Positions 1 through 7,661 of a DNA stretch of 64,000 bases are shown piece after piece. Where the stretch lies: IMG/VR virus record IMGVR_UViG_3300020057_000339; one strand, written 5' to 3'. A program made the translations under genes and the position numbers. Numbering within the stretch: the first letter of the stretch is position 1; every line of letters starts with the position of its first letter. The DNA comes from an uncultured virus (IMG/VR IMGVR_UViG_3300020057_000339) (lineage: Duplodnaviria; Heunggongvirae; Uroviricota; Caudoviricetes). The notes below the pieces were generated by a model. The model was not told the origin of the DNA. It worked only from the letters and a program-made list of their open reading frames with translations, and made no database searches.

Positions 1-482
1 TCGGCGAGGACTCGTACATCGGCTCATACTCGACCATCGGCGAGAACGTGACCATCGGCGAGAACGTGACCATCGACCGGGACGCGACCATCGACCGGGA
101 CGCGACCATCGGCTGGAACGTGACCATCGCCCCGTACTCGATCATCGGCTCGTACTCGACCATCGGCAAGAACGCGAACATCAGCTGGAACGTGACCATC
201 GGCGAGAACGCGAACATCGGCCAGGATTCGAAAATCGGCGAGCACGCGAACATCGGCTCGCACTCGTACATCGGCTGGAACGTGACCATCGGCGAATACG
301 CGAACATCGGCGAATACGTGCTCATCTACGAGAACGTGACCATCGACGAGAACGCGAACATCGGCAAGAACGCGACCATCGGCAAGAACGCGAACATCGG
401 CTGGAACGTGACCATCGACGAGAACGCGATCGTCGGCCAGGACGCGACCATCGCCCCCGGCTCAATCGTCGGCTTAAAGTGA
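1..482 (+). CDS. Hexapeptide-repeat (left-handed beta-helix) protein, 5' truncated by window edge
   Basis: Frame open from position 3; over 25 tandem hexapeptides of type IGENAT/IGWNVT encoded by degenerate 18-bp repeats. Confidence 0.85.
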   Translation, partial: GEDSYIGSYSTIGENVTIGENVTIDRDATIDRDATIGWNVTIAPYSIIGSYSTIGKNANISWNVTIGENANIGQDSKIGEHANIGSHSYIGWNVTIGEYANIGEYVLIYENVTIDENANIGKNATIGKNANIGWNVTIDENAIVGQDATIAPGSIVGLK

Positions 483-490
483 TTTTTTGC

Positions 491-518
491 TTGACAAACC
501 GTGAGAATGATGTATCAT
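491..518 (+). promoter_or_regulatory. sigma70-type promoter, leaderless
   Basis: TTGACA(491)-16 bp-TATCAT(513); ATG at 525. Confidence 0.7.
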
Positions 519-524
519 TCAAGC

Positions 525-959
525 ATGAAGAACATCATCGCTGTGTGCCTCCTAGCACTTACCGCCTCCGCTGGCTCCGCTTACAACTACTGCGATTCGC
601 AGCCCAATTCTCTTGGATTGGTTGCCCATTGTGACTACACCGGCTCGCTAACGCGAATCGACAACAACCTCGGCTGTACGCTGACGAACGCAATGCCTCA
701 GTCGTTTGCACAACTGACGTGTGGCACGACCCAGTTCAACGTTCCTTTTGGTAACGGCACGTTGTGTATCAATCCGCTCGGTCAATTCGTTCGCGTCGGT
801 GGGCCGACTGCTACCGTGAACGGCAACGCAACTCGTCAGGTTGACTTGACGCTGATGCCGCTTGGCACGACGCTCCTTTTTCAGTGGTGGTACCGTGACA
901 CGAACTCTGGTGCGATCACGTTCAACACCTCGAATGCAATGGCTTGTACACTGGACTGA
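525..959 (+). CDS. Secreted protein with Planctomycetota-like C-terminal domain
   Basis: Signal peptide MKNIIAVCLLALTASAGSA; motifs YCDSQPNS, GNGTLCI, FQWWYRD, FNTSNA. Confidence 0.65.
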   Translation: MKNIIAVCLLALTASAGSAYNYCDSQPNSLGLVAHCDYTGSLTRIDNNLGCTLTNAMPQSFAQLTCGTTQFNVPFGNGTLCINPLGQFVRVGGPTATVNGNATRQVDLTLMPLGTTLLFQWWYRDTNSGAITFNTSNAMACTLD

Positions 960-1036
960 CCGCTATTAGCACACTGGTCGTCATGCAGGGGTCTTATTAA
1001 CCTCAGGGCTAGGTTCAATTCCTAGATAGCGGACCA
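960..1036 (+). tRNA. tRNA-Ile(UAU), atypical
   Basis: Acceptor CCGCTAT/ATAGCGG+A+CCA; anticodon stem GGGGT/ACCTC, loop CT-TAT-TA; T arm CTAGG-TTCAATT-CCTAG. Confidence 0.75.
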
Positions 1037-1042
1037 ATACAC

Positions 1043-1127
1043 GGGGACATGGCGGAATTGGCAGACGCTCATCACTTAAAATGATGTGCCTAACGGCGTG
1101 TCGGTTCGATCCCGACTGTTCCTACCA
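1043..1127 (+). tRNA. tRNA-Leu(UAA)
   Basis: GGCGGAATTGGCAGACGC D arm; CATCA-CTTAAAA-TGATG; long variable arm; GGTTCGATCCC; CCA end. Confidence 0.93.
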
Positions 1128-1135
1128 ACTTTTTC

Positions 1136-1164
1136 TTGACTAGCTCGCTTTAGCGAGCTATGAT
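1136..1164 (+). promoter_or_regulatory. sigma70-type promoter with palindromic spacer
   Basis: TTGACT-17 bp-TATGAT; TAGCTCGCT-TT-AGCGAGCTA inverted repeat at 1141-1160; ATG at 1171. Confidence 0.7.
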
Positions 1165-1234
1165 ATCAGCATGCGTAATCTCGCCGGTCAATCCAAAGAA
1201 ATGTGCGACGAATCAATAACTTTTACTCAAAATC

Positions 1235-1513
1235 ATGACCAATAATACTTATGAGCGAAATAGCGTCAACTTCGCTGGTATACTCACTGTTCTGTTCATC
1301 GGCCTCAAGCTAACGAACTTCATCGACTGGTCCTGGTGGTGGGTACTCTCGCCACTCTGTATTCCGATCGCGTTTGTGCCTGGAACTCTCTGCGTTATAG
1401 GCTTCATCCAACTTACTCTTAATATCAATAAGTTTCTCTTAGGCTACTGGTGTATCGCTTCCGTGCTTAAAAGTAAGCTCAAGTCGTCTTACAAAAAATT
1501 TCGCGAACTCTGA
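1235..1513 (+). CDS. Small phage membrane protein
   Basis: Hydrophobic; LFIGLKLTNFIDWSWWWVLSPL motif typical of small phage membrane proteins. Confidence 0.7.
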   Translation: MTNNTYERNSVNFAGILTVLFIGLKLTNFIDWSWWWVLSPLCIPIAFVPGTLCVIGFIQLTLNINKFLLGYWCIASVLKSKLKSSYKKFREL

Positions 1514-1572
1514 TGCAGACCTTTTTACCATTTCCAGACTTTCAGTCATTGCCATATGTGTGGCCAACATAA
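1513..1572 (+). pseudogene. Internally deleted remnant of a pyrimidine-dimer glycosylase-like (MSMEG_6728-type) gene
   Basis: MQTFLPFPDF-QS-LPYVWPT*: resembles the recalled N- and C-terminal motifs of that family joined directly. Confidence 0.5.
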
Positions 1573-1643
1573 TTAGTCCTGGATCTACCGCCAAAATTTG
1601 AAAATATACTTGCACTTCGCTTGAAAAGTGATATCATAGAGAC

Positions 1644-1754
1644 ATGAAGGTCAAAACCGCTTTCTGGGCATTCGTCATCACCTACATTATATGGTGGTGT
1701 GCTTGCATGGTCGGTCTTTTCTTCATCGTCAAGGCTTTGATCGGGAGCAACTAA
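1644..1754 (+). CDS. 36-aa membrane peptide (not in ORF track)
   Basis: MKVKTAFWAFVITYIIWWCACMVGLFFIVKALIGSN*, preceded by TTGCAC(1610)-16 bp-TATCAT(1632). Confidence 0.6.
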   Translation: MKVKTAFWAFVITYIIWWCACMVGLFFIVKALIGSN

Positions 1755-1820
1755 TGAGCGTTGCCGAAGCTCTTTTCTATTTCAAGTCACCACATCAACG
1801 TGGCGAGCATGTAAACAAAC

Positions 1821-1907
1821 GGAAGGTACCGCTGAATGGTCGGCAACTGGTTTTGAATACCGGGGGGATCGCAAGGTCCGGGGTTCGATTCCTCTGCCTC
1901 TCCGCCA
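1821..1907 (+). tRNA. tRNA-Ser(UGA)
   Basis: CTGGT-TTTGAAT-ACCGG anticodon arm, long variable arm, GGTTCGATTCC, G73+CCA; acceptor stem appears to have a bulge. Confidence 0.85.
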
Positions 1908-1915
1908 AAACAATT

Positions 1916-1992
1916 CGAGCATCAGACTCATGGTGGGTCGCCTGTTTTGGAAACAGGACATTAGGTTGGTTCAATTCCAACATGCTCGACCA
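1916..1992 (+). tRNA. tRNA-Pro(UGG)
   Basis: CGAGCAT/ATGCTCG+A+CCA; CCTGT-TTTGGAA-ACAGG. Confidence 0.9.
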
Positions 1993-2033
1993 AAACAATG
2001 GGACCGTGTGCGGACGGTTAATAGCCCATACGC

Positions 2034-2108
2034 ACTCCTATGATGTAATGGACAGCATCTTTGTCTTCTAAACAAAGCGTCCAGGTTCGAATCCTGGTAG
2101 GAGTACCA
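2034..2108 (+). tRNA. tRNA-Arg(UCU)
   Basis: ACTCCTA/TAGGAGT+A+CCA; TTTGT-CTTCTAA-ACAAA; GGTTCGAATCC. Confidence 0.93.
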
Positions 2109-2117
2109 ACTTTTTAC

Positions 2118-2146
2118 TGGACAACGTGACAGTCGCGTGATACTAT
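2118..2146 (+). promoter_or_regulatory. sigma70-type promoter, leaderless
   Basis: TGGACA-17 bp-TACTAT; ATG at 2152. Confidence 0.65.
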
Positions 2147-2151
2147 AGAAC

Positions 2152-2649
2152 ATGAAGATCATCAAACAGGACATGCTTGCTCTCACGGATGGCGTTCTCT
2201 TCCATCAGGTCAACTGCCAAGGCATCATGGGGGGCGGCATCGCCTACGCACTCGCCAAGAAGTTCCCAGGTCTTGAAAAAGAATATCAAGATTGTATTGC
2301 CAAGTGGATTAAGTCAGTAGATAACGAACGTCTCAGTGGTTATCTTACAGAAGACCTTGCTAACGACGTGATGCTTGGCAAAACGTTCATGTGGACGGTA
2401 CCTAATCACAAGTACCTCAAAATCGCAAACGTTTTTGGCCAAGGTTACATTTCCTCTAGGTGGCGAATGACTAGCTACGATGCCACGGCAAGAGCCTTTG
2501 AGTCGCTTGCTCCGAAACTTGACAAAGATGTTCCTCTTTACTTCCCCTTCAAGATGGGATGCGGCCTTGGCGGCGGAGAGTGGGGTATTTACTTGGCCAT
2601 TATCGAACACTATTTCCCTGATGCCATAATCTGCCAACACAATATTTGA
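2152..2649 (+). CDS. Macrodomain protein (ADP-ribose hydrolase-like)
   Basis: HQVNCQGIMGGGIA, IANVFGQ and FPFKMGCGLGGGEW motifs. Confidence 0.9.
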   Translation: MKIIKQDMLALTDGVLFHQVNCQGIMGGGIAYALAKKFPGLEKEYQDCIAKWIKSVDNERLSGYLTEDLANDVMLGKTFMWTVPNHKYLKIANVFGQGYISSRWRMTSYDATARAFESLAPKLDKDVPLYFPFKMGCGLGGGEWGIYLAIIEHYFPDAIICQHNI

Positions 2650-2661
2650 TGTGGCACACAC

Positions 2662-2750
2662 GCGGGTGTGGTGGAATTGGCAGACACGCGGGACTTAGGA
2701 TCCCGTGCCCCTAAAAAGGCTTGCAGGTTCGATGCCTGTCACCCGCACCA
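2662..2750 (+). tRNA. tRNA-Leu(UAG)
   Basis: GCGGGTG/CACCCGC+A+CCA; CGGGA-CTTAGGA-TCCCG; long variable arm. Confidence 0.93.
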
Positions 2751-2775
2751 AACACTGTAAGAAAGAGTAAAGCAA

Positions 2776-3555
2776 ATGGTTAATCTATCCGATTTCAAGG
2801 TCTCTCACTATCCCGATGGTCACAAGCACATTGTGTCAACGATGGATCTCAAGGGCTCCACTACACTTAGTGCTAGTATCCGTAATTTCGACGACCTCTT
2901 CTTGATCGCTCAGGTTTTGGAGATTCACCCGGAGATCAGGCACCTTCAAGTCAATTACTTGCTGGCTGCTCGCTGTGACCGCCGCTTCTCCCCTGGCGAG
3001 GCTATCGACATCAAGATTGTATGCGATTACTTGTGTAGCCTTCGCCTCGAAACGATTGATGTCGTCAAGCCGCACAATCCTGTGGCATTGAAGAAATATC
3101 TGCCCAATGCCAGTATTGTCGAGCCCACGATCCGACTTGTGGACTTGGCTCTCAAGGATATTGGCGACGACAACGTTTGTTTCGTGTCGCCCGATGCCGG
3201 TGCTGCGGCCTGGGTCAGTAAGCAAATCCCACTCAACGGCGATTTAGTGCAATGCAGCAAGCGTCGTGACGAAAACGGCAAGGTTGTTGGCACGGAAATA
3301 AACACCACCTCCACTAACGTTTGTATGTACGATAAGTTCGTGATTGTCGATGACCTTTGCGATGGCGGTCGCACTTTTACAGAGATCGCGAAAGCAATTC
3401 ACTTGCGTTCTCCGAAGGCAAAGGTATACTTGGTCGTAACGCATGCGATCTTCTCGAATGGCCTTGCCGTCTTTGACGGCAAGATCGAGCGAATCTACTG
3501 CACGGACAGTTTTGCAACATTTGACGACCTGATGATTAGGCAACTAAAACTATGA
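2776..3555 (+). CDS. Ribose-phosphate pyrophosphokinase-like (candidate ADPR-PP synthetase, Adps)
   Basis: YPDG, ARCDRRF, SPDAGA, IVDDLCDGGRTF, VTHAIFS motifs. Confidence 0.88.
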   Translation: MVNLSDFKVSHYPDGHKHIVSTMDLKGSTTLSASIRNFDDLFLIAQVLEIHPEIRHLQVNYLLAARCDRRFSPGEAIDIKIVCDYLCSLRLETIDVVKPHNPVALKKYLPNASIVEPTIRLVDLALKDIGDDNVCFVSPDAGAAAWVSKQIPLNGDLVQCSKRRDENGKVVGTEINTTSTNVCMYDKFVIVDDLCDGGRTFTEIAKAIHLRSPKAKVYLVVTHAIFSNGLAVFDGKIERIYCTDSFATFDDLMIRQLKL

Positions 3556-3740
3556 ACGATCTAACGCTAGAAAACTTTCACGAAAAGACGGGGTTCCGTT
3601 TTCGTGTTAGCAACGAGAAGCTTAAGCCTAGAAAGCCTGAAGAGGTTTGTGTACTTGTCATAATAGTTACGATGTTGTTTTGTCTTCCTGTAATATTGTT
3701 CATGGTCTGTAAATCTTTTAATGACTACATCTCCCAATGA
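3552..3740 (+). CDS. Chimeric short ORF: internally deleted copy of the 7662 gene 5' end plus a hydrophobic tail
   Basis: 3552-3616 nearly identical to 7662-7726; 3618-3637 identical to 7806-7825. Confidence 0.5.
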   Translation: MNDLTLENFHEKTGFRFRVSNEKLKPRKPEEVCVLVIIVTMLFCLPVILFMVCKSFNDYISQ

Positions 3741-4570
3741 ATACTCATCCGCTTCATAGTATCGACTGGTACAAGGCCGACCACCGTCGCCAATACCCCG
3801 AGGGCACGAGCCTCGTTTTCTCGAACTTCACCCCGCGATCCTCACGGATCGACGGAGTGGAATCCGTGGTATTTTTTGGCCTTCAATACTTCATTCAAAG
3901 ATTTCTTGCTCACGAGTGGGATGTCAACTTCTTCTCGCGACCTGTTGAAGAAGTGGTCGCGAGGTACAAGCGTCGTGTAGACAATGCTCTTGGCAAGGAT
4001 ACCGTCCCGATGGATCACATCAGGGCGTTGCACGCCCTGGGATATCTGCCGGTTCGAATTCTCGCACTACCAGAAGGTAGTCGAGTTCCGATTGGGGTAC
4101 CTCCGGTAGTCATTCACAACACGCACCCGAGCGGCTTCTGGCTCCCGAATTACCTCGAAACGATTCTGTCTGCGACGCTCTGGCAACCCTGCACGTCAGC
4201 CACGATCGCGGCAGAATACAAGAAGGAATTTGTGCGAGCGGCGAAAGAGACCGGAGCTGACGTTGGTTTTACTTCCTTTCAAGGTCACGACTTCTCGTTC
4301 CGTGGCATGCCCGGTATCGAAGCTGCCTGCACGAGTGGTGCGGCTCACCTTTTATCCTTTGTCGGATCGGACACCGTTCCAGCGATTGACTTCCTTGAAC
4401 AGTATTACGGTGCCGACTCCGACAAAGAGCTTGTCGGATGTAGCGTGGCGGCAACCGAACATTCTGTCGCCTCTTTAGTATCAATGGATAGGGCAGCTAT
4501 CATCACTTCTGTAGAAGAAGAGTGGAATGAAGCGTCACAAACTTGGAAGTTCATTAGATCGCTTCCTTGA
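3737..4570 (+). CDS. Nicotinamide phosphoribosyltransferase-like (NadV/Namat), N-terminal half
   Basis: DWYKADHRRQYP, NFTPRS, VFFGLQY, HDFSFRG, ATEHSV motifs. Confidence 0.88.
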   Translation: MNTHPLHSIDWYKADHRRQYPEGTSLVFSNFTPRSSRIDGVESVVFFGLQYFIQRFLAHEWDVNFFSRPVEEVVARYKRRVDNALGKDTVPMDHIRALHALGYLPVRILALPEGSRVPIGVPPVVIHNTHPSGFWLPNYLETILSATLWQPCTSATIAAEYKKEFVRAAKETGADVGFTSFQGHDFSFRGMPGIEAACTSGAAHLLSFVGSDTVPAIDFLEQYYGADSDKELVGCSVAATEHSVASLVSMDRAAIITSVEEEWNEASQTWKFIRSLP

Positions 4571-4585
4571 TAAGTTATCTTTTGC

Positions 4586-4614
4586 TTGACATTCCGAACA
4601 CTCCGTTGTATACT
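4586..4614 (+). promoter_or_regulatory. sigma70-type promoter between the two NAMPT halves
   Basis: TTGACA-17 bp-TATACT. Confidence 0.75.
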
Positions 4615-4625
4615 AATACATTACC

Positions 4626-5402
4626 ATGACTCGAAAACGAATTCGCACTCTTAACGAACACGAAAAACTCTTCTATGGCGAATTAGAGTATTTCAAGCGT
4701 CTACTTAGTGTCTACCCTACAGGCATCGTTAGTGTCGTATCAGACACTTGGGACTACTGGGGTGTTCTAACTACCATCCTCCCGCAATTGCGGGAGGAAA
4801 TCATGGCCCGAAATGGTAAGTTGGTGATTCGACCGGACTCAAGTCCTAAGACGCCACTGGAGATCATTTGCGGAGACCCTGACGCCGCACCCGACAGTCC
4901 GGAATTCAAGGGATCTGTTGAAGTACTTTGGGAGCTTTTTGGCGGCGTCACGAATGCCGCAGGCTTCAAGGAATTGGATTCGCACATCGGTCTGATCTAC
5001 GGCGACAGCATCACCTTGCCTTTGGCAAGAAAGATCAATCAAGGGCTTAAGGCTAAGGGCTTCGCAAGCGTAAATTGGGTCGCTGGTATCGGCAGCTACA
5101 CATATCAGTATGTAACTCGCGACACATTTGGTTTCGCGATGAAGGCCACCTTCGGTGTGGTTAACGGCGAGGAACGAGCCATTTTCAAAGACCCCAAGAC
5201 AAACAAGGGGGCTTTCAGCAAGAAGTCTGCCAAGGGACTGATCGCTGTCTACGAAGCTAATTTCGGCAAGTCATTTGGGATGCGACAGGAAGCTTCGTGG
5301 GAACAGGTCAACTCCTGTGCCTTCCAACTTGTTTACGAAAACGGCATGCAATACAACACAACTACGCTCGCTGAAATCCGAGCCCGACTTAACCATGAGT
5401 GA
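4626..5402 (+). CDS. Nicotinamide phosphoribosyltransferase-like, C-terminal half
   Basis: YPTGIVSVVSDTWDYW, VIRPDS, GLIYGDSIT, TRDTFGFAMKAT, KKSAKG motifs. Confidence 0.88.
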   Translation: MTRKRIRTLNEHEKLFYGELEYFKRLLSVYPTGIVSVVSDTWDYWGVLTTILPQLREEIMARNGKLVIRPDSSPKTPLEIICGDPDAAPDSPEFKGSVEVLWELFGGVTNAAGFKELDSHIGLIYGDSITLPLARKINQGLKAKGFASVNWVAGIGSYTYQYVTRDTFGFAMKATFGVVNGEERAIFKDPKTNKGAFSKKSAKGLIAVYEANFGKSFGMRQEASWEQVNSCAFQLVYENGMQYNTTTLAEIRARLNHE

Positions 5403-6465
5403 TCTTCTTGTACTTGTTGTGGAGATTGACGAAGTACATCCGCATCCTAATGCGGATAAGCTTGAAATTGTGAAAGTTGGTGGTTGGCAGATTGTCTCTG
5501 GCAAGGGCAATTATGTTGTCGGTCAGCTAGCCGTCCATGTTCCGCCCGATGTTATGGTGCCAAAGGACCGGGCTATTGCCTGGGGTGTACGCGACTATCT
5601 TTCGTGGAACAAAGACGCCACTAGGGGTCGCGTCAAGGCCGTGAAGCTACGCGGTGCTCCTAGTTTTGGCTTCCTCGCTCCTGTGCCGGGTGATGATCCT
5701 ATTGGAACGAATCTGGCCGAATATCTTGGCATTGAAAAATACGAAGAGCCCGAAAGTACGTCGCCGGGACAGATGGCCCGCAATCATCCGCTCTTACATA
5801 CGTACACGGATATTCAGAATCTTCGCAACTTCCCGGATCAATTGAATTACGGAGCACCGTTGATTCTGACGGAAAAGATTCATGGCACGAATAGCCGCGT
5901 GGGCTGGGTTCGTTCCTCGAACGAGATAGGCAATGACTACCTTGAAAGGATTGCTGGTACTCACCGCACGCAACGTAAGATTGAGCAGTCCGGAGTTTAC
6001 GGTCTACCTTTCGAGCTTTACGATAAGGGCCTGAATACCTTGTACGATATCCTGACAACCACGAGCGTACCAGGACACATCGACTCCATTCTCGTCTTCG
6101 GCGAGATCTTCGGTCCTGGCGTACAGGATTTGACTTACGGCAAAGAAAAGGCGTGGCGTATTTTCGACATCGCGATCAACGGCACTTACCTGCCCTGGGC
6201 GTACGTCAAGGAAATCTGCGTTCAATGCGAATTACCGATCGTCCCGCACATAAACCCTGCTGTTTACACTTTCAAGGAATTGTGTGAACTAGCGGAAGGC
6301 GACAGTGTGTTGTCGCCCGGTCAAATAAAAGAGGGTATAGTTGTCCGTCCAATGGACGAAGAGACTTGGGGCAAGGGAGATCTTGACCCGCATCCGAAGC
6401 GTCGTATTTTCAAGGTCATTAGTCATGATTACCTGACCCGTAAGGGCGGAACCGAGCGTCATTGA
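5395..6465 (+). CDS. RNA ligase, DRB0094/Rnl2-like, with N-terminal OB domain
   Basis: HPHPNADKLE N-terminus; TEKIHGTN, FGEIFGPGVQ, FDI, EGIVVRP motifs. Confidence 0.88.
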   Translation: MSDLLVLVVEIDEVHPHPNADKLEIVKVGGWQIVSGKGNYVVGQLAVHVPPDVMVPKDRAIAWGVRDYLSWNKDATRGRVKAVKLRGAPSFGFLAPVPGDDPIGTNLAEYLGIEKYEEPESTSPGQMARNHPLLHTYTDIQNLRNFPDQLNYGAPLILTEKIHGTNSRVGWVRSSNEIGNDYLERIAGTHRTQRKIEQSGVYGLPFELYDKGLNTLYDILTTTSVPGHIDSILVFGEIFGPGVQDLTYGKEKAWRIFDIAINGTYLPWAYVKEICVQCELPIVPHINPAVYTFKELCELAEGDSVLSPGQIKEGIVVRPMDEETWGKGDLDPHPKRRIFKVISHDYLTRKGGTERH

Positions 6466-7550
6466 TGGATATGAAGCTTCCTATTCTTTATCATAAAGCC
6501 AAGGGCGGAGATCTTCGTCAATGGCGAGTTTGGGCCAAAGGCGACACGATCATGACCGAGTATGGTCAGGTTGGCGGCAAGCTTCAACAAAGCTTGAAAA
6601 AGGCTATCTCGAAGAACGTAGGACGTTCGAACGCCACGACGCCTGATGCACAAGCCCAGGCGGAGGCTCAATCACTCTGGAGCTTTAAAGTCGAGAGAAA
6701 GTACAGTGAGACGAAGGAAGGGGCTCAGGAGGAGTTACGCCTTCCGATGTTAGCTCATAAGTACGAGGATAAGAAGAAGAACGTCTCTTTCCCAGCTTTC
6801 GTGCAACCCAAGCTAGATGGCGTTCGCTGTTTAGCTGAATGGGAAGGTAATAAGGTCGTTTTGACCTCGCGAGCGGGCAAGCCATACAAGATGCCGCCCG
6901 TTCAAGAGCAGCTTGAAAAGTGGTTGCCCCGCAACATGGTTCTTGATGGCGAGCTTTACTATCACGGCCTATCATGCCAAACGGTGACTTCGCTCGTCAA
7001 AAAGTGGAAGCCCGGCAGTGAGCAGATTATCTACAACGTCTATGACGTGCCGGTTTGTGACGAAGGCGATGAAACACTCACTTTTGAAGAACGTACACTC
7101 AAGCTGAATTCGATCGCGGAATTCAAAAATGTCAAACGTGTACCTACTTTTAAAGTCGCATCACACACAGAGCTAATGACTCTGTACGGTCTATTCGTCC
7201 AAGAGGGCTATGAAGGTGCAATTCTACGTCTTGGTCATGGACAATACCTTTGGGGATATCGCTCTTCTGAGCTTCTAAAGGTAAAGGAATTCCAAGATGC
7301 CGAATTCCTCGTTGTCGATGCTCGTGACGGTCGTGGCAAGATGACAGCGTGCGTCGTGTGGACCTGTCAAAGTAATGGTGGACTTTTCGAATGCACGATG
7401 AAGGCTACCATGGACGAACGTCGCCGCTTTTATGCGGAACGCAAAAAGTACATCGGTAAGAAGCTCACCGTCCGCTACTTCGACCTCACGGACGACGGTA
7501 TTCCCCGTTTCCCTGTAGGTGTCGTATTCCGTGATTCTAAGGATCTGTGA
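6462..7550 (+). CDS. ATP-dependent DNA ligase
   Basis: PMLA, QPKLDGVRC, LDGELY, EGYEGAILR, LLKVK, GIPRFP motifs. Confidence 0.92.
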   Translation: MMDMKLPILYHKAKGGDLRQWRVWAKGDTIMTEYGQVGGKLQQSLKKAISKNVGRSNATTPDAQAQAEAQSLWSFKVERKYSETKEGAQEELRLPMLAHKYEDKKKNVSFPAFVQPKLDGVRCLAEWEGNKVVLTSRAGKPYKMPPVQEQLEKWLPRNMVLDGELYYHGLSCQTVTSLVKKWKPGSEQIIYNVYDVPVCDEGDETLTFEERTLKLNSIAEFKNVKRVPTFKVASHTELMTLYGLFVQEGYEGAILRLGHGQYLWGYRSSELLKVKEFQDAEFLVVDARDGRGKMTACVVWTCQSNGGLFECTMKATMDERRRFYAERKKYIGKKLTVRYFDLTDDGIPRFPVGVVFRDSKDL

Positions 7551-7661
7551 AACACTCAATGCCCTGAGTAAGTTTAGACTATAATCACCCTTCCTACGAA
7601 TTCGAATTTCAGATAGACGCTAGAAACCCAACCCGTCATAATAGTTACATGGAGACACAAC

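Noticed and set aside
1..482. 18-bp repeats as a CRISPR array or DGR template
   Set aside because: Repeats are contiguous and in-frame coding with no spacers; no reverse transcriptase or template/variable pair seen
960..1036. Ochre suppressor (UUA) reading of the first tRNA, or genome recoding
   Set aside because: The stem register gives TAT; genes read full length in the standard code with all three stops used
1998..2030. Short hairpin between tRNA-Pro and tRNA-Arg
   Set aside because: No T-arm or CCA end; too short to call
1691..2186. ORF-track ORFs 1691-2071, 1795-1998 and 1971-2186
   Set aside because: They overlap clear tRNA genes
4470..4680. Split intein, intron or ribosomal bypass joining the NAMPT halves
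   Set aside because: No intein terminal motifs (no HN/C junction); the 55-nt gap is too short for a self-splicing intron; there is an in-frame TAA at 4614 and no matching landing codon; a promoter fills the gap
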